From an uncultured virus (IMG/VR IMGVR_UViG_3300032322_001263) (Duplodnaviria > Heunggongvirae > Uroviricota > Caudoviricetes), in the IMG/VR virus record IMGVR_UViG_3300032322_001263: a DNA stretch of 64,000 bases; one strand, given 5' to 3'. The notes under the pieces are model-generated. The model did no database searches and had not been told where the DNA came from. It worked only from the letters and a program-made list of their open reading frames with translations. Below, piece after piece: positions 47,185 through 56,005 of the stretch (positions are counted from its first letter, which is position 1; every line of letters starts with the position of its first letter). Made by a program: the position numbers and the translations under genes.

Positions 47185-47511
47185 ATGGCAGTAAACGAGC
47201 CAACACACGGCGATATTCTCGTCCAGATTGGTGAACTTAAGGGGCAAGTTGCTACCCTAATTACGCTTGTCGGTGAAAAACGAGATGACATTAACGCAGC
47301 GTTTACCAGAATCGGTGTTTTGGAAAAAAGCGCTGTTTCCCGTGACGAGTTAACTGCAGCAGAAAACAAGATTAGCAATGTTGAAAAAGATATTGCTAAA
47401 TGGACTGGTATATGCCTAGCCTTAACTTTTTCACTTCCCTTTGTTGCGCCTTACATCACTAAGGCATTGACACATACTGAAAGCCATTCCATCAATAAGT
47501 CTGCACCATGA
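47185..47511 (+). CDS. coiled-coil protein with C-terminal TM helix (lysis module, holin-like)
   Basis: EPTHGDIL..IGELKG, then a hydrophobic WTGICLALTFSLPFV segment. Confidence 0.55.
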   Translation: MAVNEPTHGDILVQIGELKGQVATLITLVGEKRDDINAAFTRIGVLEKSAVSRDELTAAENKISNVEKDIAKWTGICLALTFSLPFVAPYITKALTHTESHSINKSAP

Positions 47512-47726
47512 ACTGGATTACTGCTGGAATGCTGGCGAGCTACATCGGGATCTGCGAATACCGCGCCCCAAGCCCTTGGGTGGCCTGTGAGAGCCGATGG
47601 AACTGGGCTCTGGGTGTGTTGGTGCCCAGTCCCATCCAAGGTGCATTGCCAGCCGCTGGGAAGCTCCTGGGGTTCGGCCAGCGCCGCCGACCTGATACCA
47701 CTTCCAAGAAGGGCGAACAGTCCTGA
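47508..47726 (+). CDS. small membrane-associated protein (lysis module)
   Basis: ATGA overlap; hydrophobic segments and basic tail. Confidence 0.5.
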   Translation: MNWITAGMLASYIGICEYRAPSPWVACESRWNWALGVLVPSPIQGALPAAGKLLGFGQRRRPDTTSKKGEQS

Positions 47727-47743
47727 GCGGCGATACAATAACG

Positions 47744-47908
47744 ATGTCACATCATTTTGTTCGTTTAATTTGCGAGCAACCAACACCAAGGGGCCAAGAC
47801 GGACAACCAGTCGTCTTTGACCTAGAACCAAGCCAGGCTGTAGCAAAAATTGCACAGCTAAAATTGCTTGGATGGAAAACAATTACACAGGTCACCCTTC
47901 AAGCATAA
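47744..47908 (+). CDS. small hypothetical protein (54 aa; not in track)
   Basis: Manual translation MSHHFVRLICEQ... Confidence 0.45.
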   Translation: MSHHFVRLICEQPTPRGQDGQPVVFDLEPSQAVAKIAQLKLLGWKTITQVTLQA

Positions 47909-47914
47909 ACAGCC

Positions 47915-48499
47915 ATGACTCAACCAGCGCCGAATCAAATGCAATCTGAGTGGGGTACAAGGGTTCATGCTTTGAACCTATCCCAGCCTGATGGCAGCAC
48001 CTGTCAATCTGCCTGCATTGCAATGGCAATTGGCACAAAAGATATTTACGACATTAGGAGCCAATTAATTCGATTGGGCGAAGCTGGCCATCCGTCGAAT
48101 ATGGGACAAGTTCTCAGGCGCTTTAAAGGGAAAAAGTATATCTACGATGAAAGCGCCTCCATTGATGACATGGTAGGATACCTAAAAGCCGGTGAGTTCT
48201 TGATTACTCACGGCTGGTTTACTGGTAGCGGTCACGTTATTGCACTTGATGGTGTAAAGCTACACGAAAACAATCGTGCAAGCTTTAACGTAAAAGATCC
48301 GTGGAGTGAATTTGACGGCCCTTCCTGGAGTTACAACAAGCCAACCGTAAAATTCTTTGATGGCTTTTACAGCGATAGAATTATCTATGCCGCCTGTGTT
48401 GCCGGAACAAGTAGATGGGATGCAAGCAACCTTTATCGCAGCAAAGAAATCCCAAATGTCAATCTTGGCCAAGCCTGGGTTCACCGTATTCTCCCATAG
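47915..48499 (+). CDS. C39-like cysteine peptidase, putative endolysin
   Basis: Q....CQSAC, SGHVIAL.G and DPW: a Cys-His-Asp papain-like triad. Confidence 0.7.
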   Translation: MTQPAPNQMQSEWGTRVHALNLSQPDGSTCQSACIAMAIGTKDIYDIRSQLIRLGEAGHPSNMGQVLRRFKGKKYIYDESASIDDMVGYLKAGEFLITHGWFTGSGHVIALDGVKLHENNRASFNVKDPWSEFDGPSWSYNKPTVKFFDGFYSDRIIYAACVAGTSRWDASNLYRSKEIPNVNLGQAWVHRILP

Positions 48500-48617
48500 C
48501 TACACCTAAGGCTTTAAATGCTTCCTTGCCGCCCGAAAATCTCGTTATCTTTTCTCCTTCGATAACGACCCAGCAGACCGAACCGCTTTCGTCTGTGCCA
48601 ACGGTGACATAGGGCAT
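48459..48617 (-). CDS. small hypothetical protein
   Basis: 3' part of track ORF 48459-48758 (MPYVTVG...); start uncertain. Confidence 0.35.
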   Translation of the reverse strand: MPYVTVGTDESGSVCWVVIEGEKITRFSGGKEAFKALGVAMGEYGEPRLGQD

Positions 48618-48657
48618 TTCGTTGTTTCGATTAGACTGAATTGACTGTGGCTGTGTC

Positions 48658-48975
48658 ATGGCTGATCCCCTGGAGACTTGCGGTAAGTGGTTCACACCTC
48701 CTGAGCCCAGTCTGACCGCTCTACTGGACCGCGAAATGGACCGGCGGAAAGCGGCCAAGCTTGGCAGGGATGAATTAAACGAATTGACAGATAAACTTTT
48801 AGTTGACTGGTATCAACACGAAGCTACTATAAATATGCTTTTAGGTAGGGTCCGCCATCTGGAGGTAGAGCTTGTGCTAGCGAAAGGCGAGCCCTTGACC
48901 GAAGAAATTAGCGCTACTCATCTACAAATGGCAAAGGATCTCCTGCAGGATAATTTACACTGTTCCAATTTTTGA
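48658..48975 (+). CDS. NblA-like protein (tentative)
   Basis: SL...L..E...R....L...EL..L...L...W..H...I..LL two-helix pattern reminiscent of cyanophage NblA. Confidence 0.4.
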   Translation: MADPLETCGKWFTPPEPSLTALLDREMDRRKAAKLGRDELNELTDKLLVDWYQHEATINMLLGRVRHLEVELVLAKGEPLTEEISATHLQMAKDLLQDNLHCSNF

Positions 48976-49258
48976 TTGATCTTGCGATTACAGGAATAGA
49001 CCTTTCTCCTATTCCGCGAATTGAGAGTATCTGTTCCTTCCTAAGCTTGACAAGCTTTTCTATCGTATCACAGCCTGATCGCATTAGTGCATTTTGAACT
49101 CCAGTCGGAAGTCCGATCCACTTCAATGGAGTCCTCTCGTCTTCATCCATTAGCAAGTCATCTACCTGTCGGAGCAGGTCTCTGTGCTCCCAGAACTTTT
49201 CACTTGCCGCCAACGCATCCCTAAGCTTGATTGAAATCGCCCTCCAGTCTGTTGTCAT
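48914..49258 (-). CDS. protein with an RNA polymerase alpha C-terminal-domain-like fold
   Basis: IGLPTGVQNALMRSGCDTIEKLVKLRKEQILSIRGIGERS aligns with the alpha-CTD. Confidence 0.75.
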   Translation of the reverse strand: MTTDWRAISIKLRDALAASEKFWEHRDLLRQVDDLLMDEDERTPLKWIGLPTGVQNALMRSGCDTIEKLVKLRKEQILSIRGIGERSIPVIARSIKNWNSVNYPAGDPLPFVDE

Positions 49259-49590
49259 GCTTGCTCTCCAATTGCGCTATATGCTCCACAACCGCGAGCC
49301 CACGTTGAACCTTCAGATACACACTCTGGGATACCAAGGGTACAGCTTCCCTGGAATTCTTCTGTACCTGGCTTCCATTGAACGCAGTGGTAGCATTTTT
49401 GCCTGAAGCTTTTAGGGTCAAGGCGGGGTAGGCTTGGTAGTATGTTGTCGAATTTTATTCCAAATCTAATCTCTCTAATCATTTCACGATGAATACCTGT
49501 CAGGCGCGATATTTCAGCGTGACTGGTAGTCAATGGATAAGAGAGAACTGCTCTCACATTCTCCTTTGTTTGCTCAATTGTTAGTGTCAT
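49255..49590 (-). CDS. HTH plus Cys-cluster protein
   Basis: HAEISRLTGIHREMIREIR; CxxC...C...C. Confidence 0.6.
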   Translation of the reverse strand: MTLTIEQTKENVRAVLSYPLTTSHAEISRLTGIHREMIREIRFGIKFDNILPSLPRLDPKSFRQKCYHCVQWKPGTEEFQGSCTLGIPECVSEGSTWARGCGAYSAIGEQA

Positions 49591-49595
49591 TTCCG

Positions 49596-50258
49596 TTAGA
49601 TTCTCGCCAAAGTAACAACATTCCCCTGATCCTGATACTTTCCTTCGCCATAAGGGTTATCGCAAACACTGCCTTCCATAAAGAGCGCTTGGGCAATTCC
49701 CTCATTCGCGTAGATTCTACAGTCAGCACCAGAGCTGTTGCTGATCTCAAGCGTCAGAAACCCCTCCCATCCAGCTTCACCAGGGGTTGTATTTACAATA
49801 ATCCCACAGCGAGCGTAAGTGCTTTTACCAATGAATAGTGCTGTAATGTTAGGTGGAAGTTTAAGTCGTTCAAGCGTTACGCCAAGTGCATAGGTGTGAG
49901 CGGGAAGAATAAAATACTCACCGAACCCGTCGGCATAAAGCTCCGTTGATACCAGACAGCGATCATCAAAAGCTTTTGGGTTTACAATTAATCCAGGGAC
50001 ATGGTGAAAAATACGAAAATCGTGAGGCGCGAGCCTAAGGTCGTAACCGTAGCTACTGCACCCAAAGCTAATAGCTGGAGCGGAGCACTTGTTTACCAGG
50101 CCGGTGCGGGGATCTCTGTACAAACCTGTTTGCGAAAGATCCCAAGAATCAAATTTAATCTTGCGAACTTTATCGTACTCAAATGGAGTAATCATTCCTT
50201 CTTCCGCAAAGGAACGAATGTAGCGATCAGAAAGAAAACCAGTTTGTCGGTTAGTCAT
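49596..50258 (-). CDS. dcd: dCTP deaminase
   Basis: LSDR.I, SSYGYDLRL, GKSTYARCG, GWEG.LTLE, YANEGIAQ and KYQ.Q motifs. Confidence 0.93.
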   Translation of the reverse strand: MTNRQTGFLSDRYIRSFAEEGMITPFEYDKVRKIKFDSWDLSQTGLYRDPRTGLVNKCSAPAISFGCSSYGYDLRLAPHDFRIFHHVPGLIVNPKAFDDRCLVSTELYADGFGEYFILPAHTYALGVTLERLKLPPNITALFIGKSTYARCGIIVNTTPGEAGWEGFLTLEISNSSGADCRIYANEGIAQALFMEGSVCDNPYGEGKYQDQGNVVTLARI

Positions 50259-50583
50259 GGTTTTGGGGTTGAAATAAATTGCAAATAGTAGCAAAGGACG
50301 GATCGTCAATAGCATCGGGAAATCCGAAGCTACAACTTTCTTTATAGTGATGGCAATTGTAGCATAACTGAGAAACGCTTCCCTGTCGAGCACCCATGGC
50401 TATGGCCTCCTGTCGAATGGAATGTTTCGATCTTGAACCAATAAACTCACTCCAGCGATGGTTGCAGCTTTCGGAGAGACATTTGTACCTACGTCGCCTG
50501 CTTCCATTTAAGTGAGGTCTTGTTTCGATTAGCTTTGCTTTTGCCCCACAGACCTTGCAATGAAGTTTTCTCGGATTACCCAC
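50251..50583 (-). CDS. Zn-ribbon protein (NrdR N-terminal/Ogr-like) with a second Cys cluster
   Basis: CKVCG...ETR...RRRRYKC....CNHRWS. Confidence 0.65.
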   Translation of the reverse strand: MGNPRKLHCKVCGAKAKLIETRPHLNGSRRRRYKCLSESCNHRWSEFIGSRSKHSIRQEAIAMGARQGSVSQLCYNCHHYKESCSFGFPDAIDDPSFATICNLFQPQNHD

Positions 50584-50794
50584 TAACCTCCAGTTCGTCT
50601 AAGTTCACGGTTGGCACATCGTTCCATTCGATACCACTTTCCTTGCCTTGAATCCACATGCTTCCGGCCTGGAGGATCAGCTCACCATTGCGGCGGGCTA
50701 GTCGCCAGGCAGCGGGAGAGCAGGTAACCTTCTCTGCGGAGATCGCTGACATTACTTTGTCTGTCACGGTTACTTGGGTCCCTTGGTTGTTCAT
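50576..50794 (-). CDS. hypothetical protein
   Basis: 72-aa ORF in tight operon. Confidence 0.55.
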   Translation of the reverse strand: MNNQGTQVTVTDKVMSAISAEKVTCSPAAWRLARRNGELILQAGSMWIQGKESGIEWNDVPTVNLDELEVSG

Positions 50795-51066
50795 GGCTGG
50801 CTCTCCAATTCGTCGGAGATGCCTAAAATAACATCAAGAGCATCTTTCCACCCATCAACATAGTTTTGATGGGTGTAGGCAATGTTTTCAATGTGAGCCT
50901 TGGGATGCGCCTGATTCGCAGCGGCGCGGAGGGCGGCGGCGGCAATGATTCGGCGTCGCTCAAGGCCTGGGACGCTGGCAACTTTTAGGATGGCGGCTTC
51001 AACCGCCTGCGAGGCGCGGGAGAGCGTACTGTTCAAACCGTAAAAACCCTGCGATTTGCTACACAT
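50791..51066 (-). CDS. hypothetical protein (LSxAxQAV...AALRAAA module)
   Basis: Module shared with the adjacent ORF. Confidence 0.55.
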   Translation of the reverse strand: MCSKSQGFYGLNSTLSRASQAVEAAILKVASVPGLERRRIIAAAALRAAANQAHPKAHIENIAYTHQNYVDGWKDALDVILGISDELESQP

Positions 51067-51490
51067 TGGCCCCGTTCTCCAGCTCAGCGGCGATCTTCTC
51101 CAGAAAATCCACCGATGCTTCGATGCCCTCCAGATATTTTGGGTGGTAAATGTCGCCAAGCAGGCGGCTCATCATTCGATCCGCAACAGCGCGGAGGGCG
51201 GCACCGAGGGGTTGGCCCATGTCCTCCAATGGTCCCTGCGCTTCGTAGGCATCGTTCCAGGCGTCCCAGACAGCCTGCGCGGCGGGGCTTAGGGGGATAG
51301 GGTTAGCAGCGACGGAGGCCGGTTCCCTGCTCTCGGGCACAGCCGGTCCATCGGTCAGCCACGGCAACCCCAATTGCGGGGCTGGCATCCGGATCCAGGG
51401 GCCAACAGATCGCCGCTGATACTGCCAGGATCCATCCGGGTTTTGGCGGATGGTCGAGCCGGCGGGGATGTCCGGGAGGCATTCAGACAT
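51059..51490 (-). CDS. hypothetical protein (LSPAAQAV...AALRAVAD module)
   Basis: ATG 51490; GC-rich. Confidence 0.55.
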   Translation of the reverse strand: MSECLPDIPAGSTIRQNPDGSWQYQRRSVGPWIRMPAPQLGLPWLTDGPAVPESREPASVAANPIPLSPAAQAVWDAWNDAYEAQGPLEDMGQPLGAALRAVADRMMSRLLGDIYHPKYLEGIEASVDFLEKIAAELENGANV

Positions 51491-52427
51491 TGGACACCTC
51501 CCCGGCCTGGGGCAGCGGGATGGCGTGGGGCAGCGGAATGGCGTGGGCGGGGAGCAGCCAGCCGCCGTAGACCATCGCCGGGTTGGCCATGCTCCAGTAG
51601 GCCGGACCATCCGGCGGGCACCACCAGCATTCGCCGTCCAGGTCAGTCCAGCCGCCTTTCTCCCATGGCCGCTCACTCACCGCCACCGGGACGGGAGCGG
51701 GAGTCTGCTGAAGTAGGGTGGCGGCGCTGCTGAGGTATTTTGCATCGCCAAACTGACAGGCTGCAGCGGCATGACTGGCCATAAGCTCTAGCTCTGCCAC
51801 CAACTCCGCCACCTCCCCCGGCTCCGGTGCTGGCGAGGCAGGCGCGGAGAGCTGCTGGAGCAGGGTGGCGGCACGGTCCAACATCTCCTGCAGTTCAGTC
51901 TCGGGCAACGCCCCGATCTCCTGCATCTTCCGCAGGTGCGCGGCGTGGTTTTCCAGCCATTCGCAAACCTCCCCCACCTCCCCCGGCTCCGGCGCTGGCG
52001 GGGTGGCGTGGACCAGCGCGGTAGCCCACCAATCTCTAACGGCGACCAGGAGCCTGCCTTTGATGGCGTCGAGAGTGTTCTCCAGTGAGTCGCAGCCGTG
52101 CTCGGGAATCCACCATTCTACCTGGACCATTTGGTCCTCGCCAGTCCCGAGGGGCAGATCATCCAACGTGGACGCTCTGTATCCGCCATTTGGCGTAACG
52201 GCTGCAGTCAGTCCATCGCATAGCCGCTTTAAGCATTCAGGCGATGCGTCAATCTGCAGGTTTATGGTTAGACCCTCCCCCACCGGCTCAGTAGCCAGGG
52301 TGGCGCGGGCGGCGGCCATTGGCTCTTCAAGCAGCCGGGGCCATGTCTCCTCATACTGCCCCTGGCAAGCTGCGTAGGCGCTCACCAGCCGCTCCAGGGC
52401 GGCGCGGATTGCGGGGGTGGTGCTCAT
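51483..52427 (-). CDS. modular hypothetical protein
   Basis: Repeated PGEVxE and AATLLQQ modules; GC-rich. Confidence 0.6.
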   Translation of the reverse strand: MSTTPAIRAALERLVSAYAACQGQYEETWPRLLEEPMAAARATLATEPVGEGLTINLQIDASPECLKRLCDGLTAAVTPNGGYRASTLDDLPLGTGEDQMVQVEWWIPEHGCDSLENTLDAIKGRLLVAVRDWWATALVHATPPAPEPGEVGEVCEWLENHAAHLRKMQEIGALPETELQEMLDRAATLLQQLSAPASPAPEPGEVAELVAELELMASHAAAACQFGDAKYLSSAATLLQQTPAPVPVAVSERPWEKGGWTDLDGECWWCPPDGPAYWSMANPAMVYGGWLLPAHAIPLPHAIPLPQAGEVSNV

Positions 52428-52450
52428 GGTTTCGGTGGAGTGAGGGTTGG

Positions 52451-53221
52451 TCATTCGCCTTCCTGTTCGCAAGGTGACAGGTCGTAAGTTTTTGAAAGCA
52501 TAAGTGCGGCAGCCGCGTACAAAACACCAGCGGCGTGTGTTGCTGAAAGGTCAGTGTTGACGCATTCGCCAAGGATTCTGCTGAGCAGATCCTGTTCAGG
52601 GTCTACATCGACGGCAGGGGGTGAAAGGTGCGGGTCGCGGGGGGTGGTGCTCATTGGCTGGGTTGGCTGGTGGTCATCGGAAGCCGGGGATAGCGGATCG
52701 GCGCCGGGGGCGGGCGCGGAAAGCTGCTGGAGCAGGGTGGCGGCGCGGCGCAGCTTCAGAAATGCGTCAAGGCTGATTGCGCCAGCCTGCTCTCGCGTGG
52801 GCGTCAGGAACTCCACCAACTCCGCCACTTCCCCCGGCTCCCCCGCCGGCCCAGCGGCCAGGGCGGCGCCGTGCTGGCGGCCGAGGTTGATGCAGGCGCG
52901 GCCAAAGCCAAGATGTTCAAGAGACACGCTCCCGGTAGCACCATCCATGACCATGTAACAGTGGGCTAGCTTTTCCAGATCTTCATCCGTAGTCACCGGG
53001 GCGGCCTCGGGGATGGGGGGAACCTGTTCGGCGTCTTCGTCCTGCTGGCGCAAGCTCTCGGCAGCTTCCAGCTTCTGCAGGCACTCCAGCAGGTGCAGGA
53101 TCGCTTCAGCCTCCGGCACCCCTACCCGCTCCAGCAGGCGCAGGATCGCTTGAGCTGTAATGCCGCCTTCAAGTTTGGCGGTTTGGCATAGCCAGGCCAA
53201 GGTTTCGGGTTTAACGCTCAT
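52451..53221 (-). CDS. modular hypothetical protein
   Basis: Shares PGEVAELV, RAATLLQQLSAPA and MSTTP with the neighbour. Confidence 0.55.
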   Translation of the reverse strand: MSVKPETLAWLCQTAKLEGGITAQAILRLLERVGVPEAEAILHLLECLQKLEAAESLRQQDEDAEQVPPIPEAAPVTTDEDLEKLAHCYMVMDGATGSVSLEHLGFGRACINLGRQHGAALAAGPAGEPGEVAELVEFLTPTREQAGAISLDAFLKLRRAATLLQQLSAPAPGADPLSPASDDHQPTQPMSTTPRDPHLSPPAVDVDPEQDLLSRILGECVNTDLSATHAAGVLYAAAALMLSKTYDLSPCEQEGE

Positions 53222-53532
53222 TAGTTCCCCCAACGGTAAAGGAATGTTCTCAAAATTTGTCTCCCCCGAATCACCGGCTCGTAGTGGGTAGATAGAGCCT
53301 GTACAGCCAGTACCACTTGGTCGAGCTGCTGATCGGTCGGCGGGGTTTTTACTGGTTCTTTCGTCGGCCATACTGCAGCAACTGCAAATGGTAAGAAAAT
53401 GCCAAAAGAGATACCAAAAAAAATGCTAAACCATTTAATTGCAACAAGGTCAGTGTTTGGCCTTGACCTGCGGCGACTTTTGACACGAACCTTATTCGGT
53501 GATTCGTCGTAAACGTAGGGGCGGTCATTCAT
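53221..53532 (-). CDS. membrane protein with DRPYV N-terminal motif
   Basis: One TM segment; N-terminus similar to the adjacent ORF. Confidence 0.55.
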   Translation of the reverse strand: MNDRPYVYDESPNKVRVKSRRRSRPNTDLVAIKWFSIFFGISFGIFLPFAVAAVWPTKEPVKTPPTDQQLDQVVLAVQALSTHYEPVIRGRQILRTFLYRWGN

Positions 53533-53756
53533 GGCCGAGCTTCGTAGGTGGGGAGCGACTCAAGCTCAGTCCAGTCTCTAGGCGCGGAGTCGGCACCAGA
53601 AAGCCACCAGGCGCGGCCATCGGTGTCGATCGCATACAGGATGGCGTAGCCTTGAAGCGTCGGTGTGCGGGTCAGGCTGGCAAAGCGGCGGCGACCTTTG
53701 GCACGAACCGTTTTAGGTGGTTCGTCGCAGACGTAGGGGCGGTCAGATTCAGACAT
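53529..53756 (-). CDS. hypothetical protein with DRPYV N-terminal motif
   Basis: DRPYVxDExPxxVRxKxRRR shared with 53221-53532. Confidence 0.55.
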   Translation of the reverse strand: MSESDRPYVCDEPPKTVRAKGRRRFASLTRTPTLQGYAILYAIDTDGRAWWLSGADSAPRDWTELESLPTYEARP

Positions 53757-53882
53757 GAGTGTGCTTTCGGAAAAAATTGACAAGAAAATGAAGAACTTGC
53801 TTCAGTAGTGCAGATTTCGTAGGTACAACCAACAATAACTAGTAAGCTGTCAAAAGTCAAGCAAATCAAATATAAGACTTTC

Positions 53883-54749
53883 TTATACCTGGCTTTCCAG
53901 GCGAATCAAGAGTGAGCAACGATTAATAGCAAGTAACTCGATTTGCCGTAATTTCGCAACTCCCATACCTGTGAGCGAGGCAAGTTTCTTCCAGGATGTT
54001 GGTGGGTTGAGCATTCTTTCGGTAACAATAAACTTGCTTATCTCGTCAAGATTGTTAATTGCTGTTTTCAGTGACTCAAGCTGAATTCTCTCCTCCGCAT
54101 CTTCGATTGCATTGCTGGTTTGTTCATCGCATATAAAGTTAATCAACGCAACTGAGTCGTTACCCTGACCAGTGGGAGCATCAAGACTTACCTGAACTTT
54201 CGGAATGTTCATTGCAATTTCGACATCTTCAACTGATAGCTGGCAGTTTTTGGCAATTTCCTTAGTTGTTGGCGAACGCAAGTGCTTCTTTTCAAACTGC
54301 TCAATACTTTTCTTGATCTTGCTTAATGATTCTCTGACGTTGCAAGGGATTTTGATCGCAGATTCGCTGGAATGAATTCCTCTTTGTATGGCCTGCCTTA
54401 TCCACCAGTATGAATATGTGCTCATTGCGTACCCAAGCTTGGGGTCAAACTTTTCTACCGCTCTTATGAGTCCCTTATTTCCTTCTTGTATCAAATCCAT
54501 CAAGTCAAGTGTATTGCAAGAGCCAGAGTATTTTCTAGCAATGCCAATAACAAGTCTCAGATTACAGTTGACGAATTTTTGCCTAGCTCTTTTTCCGGCT
54601 TTTGCTATTTGTTTTTCTTCATCCGTGTATTCGCTTTCTTCTTTATTGATGCTTAGCCAAGCTTGTATTTGCGTACCCAGGCCAAGCTCCTGACTCTTGG
54701 TTAAGAGAGGGTATCTCCCGATTTCGTTGAGATACGCATGCTCGTTCAT
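53883..54749 (-). CDS. phage RpoD-family (sigma-70) RNA polymerase sigma factor
   Basis: Region 1.2 YLNEIGRYPLLT; region 2 NLRLV..IARKY, DLIQEG..GL.RAVEKFDP, STY.YWWIRQAI; region 3 SLDAP; divergent region 4. Confidence 0.93.
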   Translation of the reverse strand: MNEHAYLNEIGRYPLLTKSQELGLGTQIQAWLSINKEESEYTDEEKQIAKAGKRARQKFVNCNLRLVIGIARKYSGSCNTLDLMDLIQEGNKGLIRAVEKFDPKLGYAMSTYSYWWIRQAIQRGIHSSESAIKIPCNVRESLSKIKKSIEQFEKKHLRSPTTKEIAKNCQLSVEDVEIAMNIPKVQVSLDAPTGQGNDSVALINFICDEQTSNAIEDAEERIQLESLKTAINNLDEISKFIVTERMLNPPTSWKKLASLTGMGVAKLRQIELLAINRCSLLIRLESQV

Positions 54750-54815
54750 GGTCGGCGAGGGTCCAAGGAAGAGTCCATGCACCCATAATCCCACATACCT
54801 CCCCAGATGGGAAGG

Positions 54816-54995
54816 TCAAGAGTTATACAATCGCTTCCATCCTTCAGCGATAAGACGACGCTGACCGTAAGAGACTGATGCTCTTGCAATTGATCTTAGA
54901 TTTGCATCAATAGATACGTTGCAATTCCAATTACTTTTAACGATTGAGTCAATTTCAGCATCTTCGATAAACTCGGGATCAGTCTTTTGGTTCAT
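54816..54995 (-). CDS. small hypothetical protein (59 aa; not in track)
   Basis: Manual translation MNQKTDPEFIEDAEID... Confidence 0.45.
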   Translation of the reverse strand: MNQKTDPEFIEDAEIDSIVKSNWNCNVSIDANLRSIARASVSYGQRRLIAEGWKRLYNS

Positions 54996-55377
54996 CTTCT
55001 ACAAGATCACCGAGCGAAGGTAGACGATACTTTGGCCCCTTTAGGACTTTTCCCTTGTTGTTTCTAATTGGCCTACCATTATCGTCAAGCTTTGACATAT
55101 TGCTGATAAATACCCTTTGCACAGCTTCATCAAGATCCCACCCCATGTTTTCGGCTGCTTGATAGCAGACAAAGACGAGATCAGCAAGCTCCTTTAAGGC
55201 TTCAGCCTTGCTCTCTGTGCTACTTGTATCAAGCGCAAAAAGAGCTTCAAGTGTTTCGCCGTACTCCTCTTGAATGAGATGAATCTGAAGATTAAATTGC
55301 TGAGATCCCCTTTCTCGATTACTTTCAACTTCAAACGCTTGGCGCCACGCAGCAGCTTGTGATTGAAGGAGTCCCAT
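54979..55377 (-). CDS. MazG-like / PRA-PH-like nucleotide pyrophosphohydrolase
   Basis: LIQEEY.E, LKELADLVFVCYQ, SNMSKL and GKVLKGP.Y motifs. Confidence 0.85.
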   Translation of the reverse strand: MGLLQSQAAAWRQAFEVESNRERGSQQFNLQIHLIQEEYGETLEALFALDTSSTESKAEALKELADLVFVCYQAAENMGWDLDEAVQRVFISNMSKLDDNGRPIRNNKGKVLKGPKYRLPSLGDLVEDEPKD

Positions 55378-55396
55378 GCTTTGTTAATTGCAGGTA

Positions 55397-55426
55397 AAAA
55401 GAAGCCCCATGTTGAATGGGGCTTCC
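55397..55426 (-). terminator. intrinsic terminator
   Basis: On - strand: GAAGCCCC-loop-GGGGCTTC followed by TTTTT. Confidence 0.75.
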
Positions 55427-55447
55427 AGGGCGATAGTAGCAAGACTA

Positions 55448-56005
55448 TCAGAGGTCCATGTCTTCGCTTTCGGACTGATCCTCATCGGCGCCCTCGGACT
55501 CCACGCAGGGCGACAGGATGACCCGGTTGCCTTCCACTGCCACAGACACCTTGGAACCAGGCTCGTAGCCCGCCTGAGCGGTGTAGCGGACGCCAACGAC
55601 ACAGTTGCCGGTGCCGCCAACGGTGATCGCCTGAGCGCGGTTGCGACGAGGGGCATAGACACGCTTGCTGGGGGCGATGGTAATACCACGGGAAGTCTCG
55701 GCGACAACCTTATAGTATTCTTGCGTTTGAATGTTGGTTTTCGTTTCGCCAGTTTCAGTATCAGTGACCTTGGTGAAATAACCAGCACCAAGAGCAAGCT
55801 CTTCGGCGGTTTTACCAGCCGTAGCGTTTGTATCGGTGTAAGCAAGAAGCTCTTCACCCGTCAAGCGAGTACCAGACTCACGGGTTTTAGCAGACCGCTT
55901 CCTGGAATCGGTAGCTTCGGCGATAACTTCGGACATGTTCTCGGGGGAATTGGTTTCGACTGTGGATTCGCTGGCAGTGTCAGCGGTACGGCGTTTGGTT
56001 GCCAT
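55448..56005 (-). CDS. cyanobacterial-type AbrB (cyAbrB) regulator / nucleoid-associated protein
   Basis: LTGEELL...ELA..AGY...; C-terminal TV..TGN.VVG..YTAQ.G..PG....V.....VIL matches the cyAbrB pattern. Confidence 0.75.
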   Translation of the reverse strand: MATKRRTADTASESTVETNSPENMSEVIAEATDSRKRSAKTRESGTRLTGEELLAYTDTNATAGKTAEELALGAGYFTKVTDTETGETKTNIQTQEYYKVVAETSRGITIAPSKRVYAPRRNRAQAITVGGTGNCVVGVRYTAQAGYEPGSKVSVAVEGNRVILSPCVESEGADEDQSESEDMDL

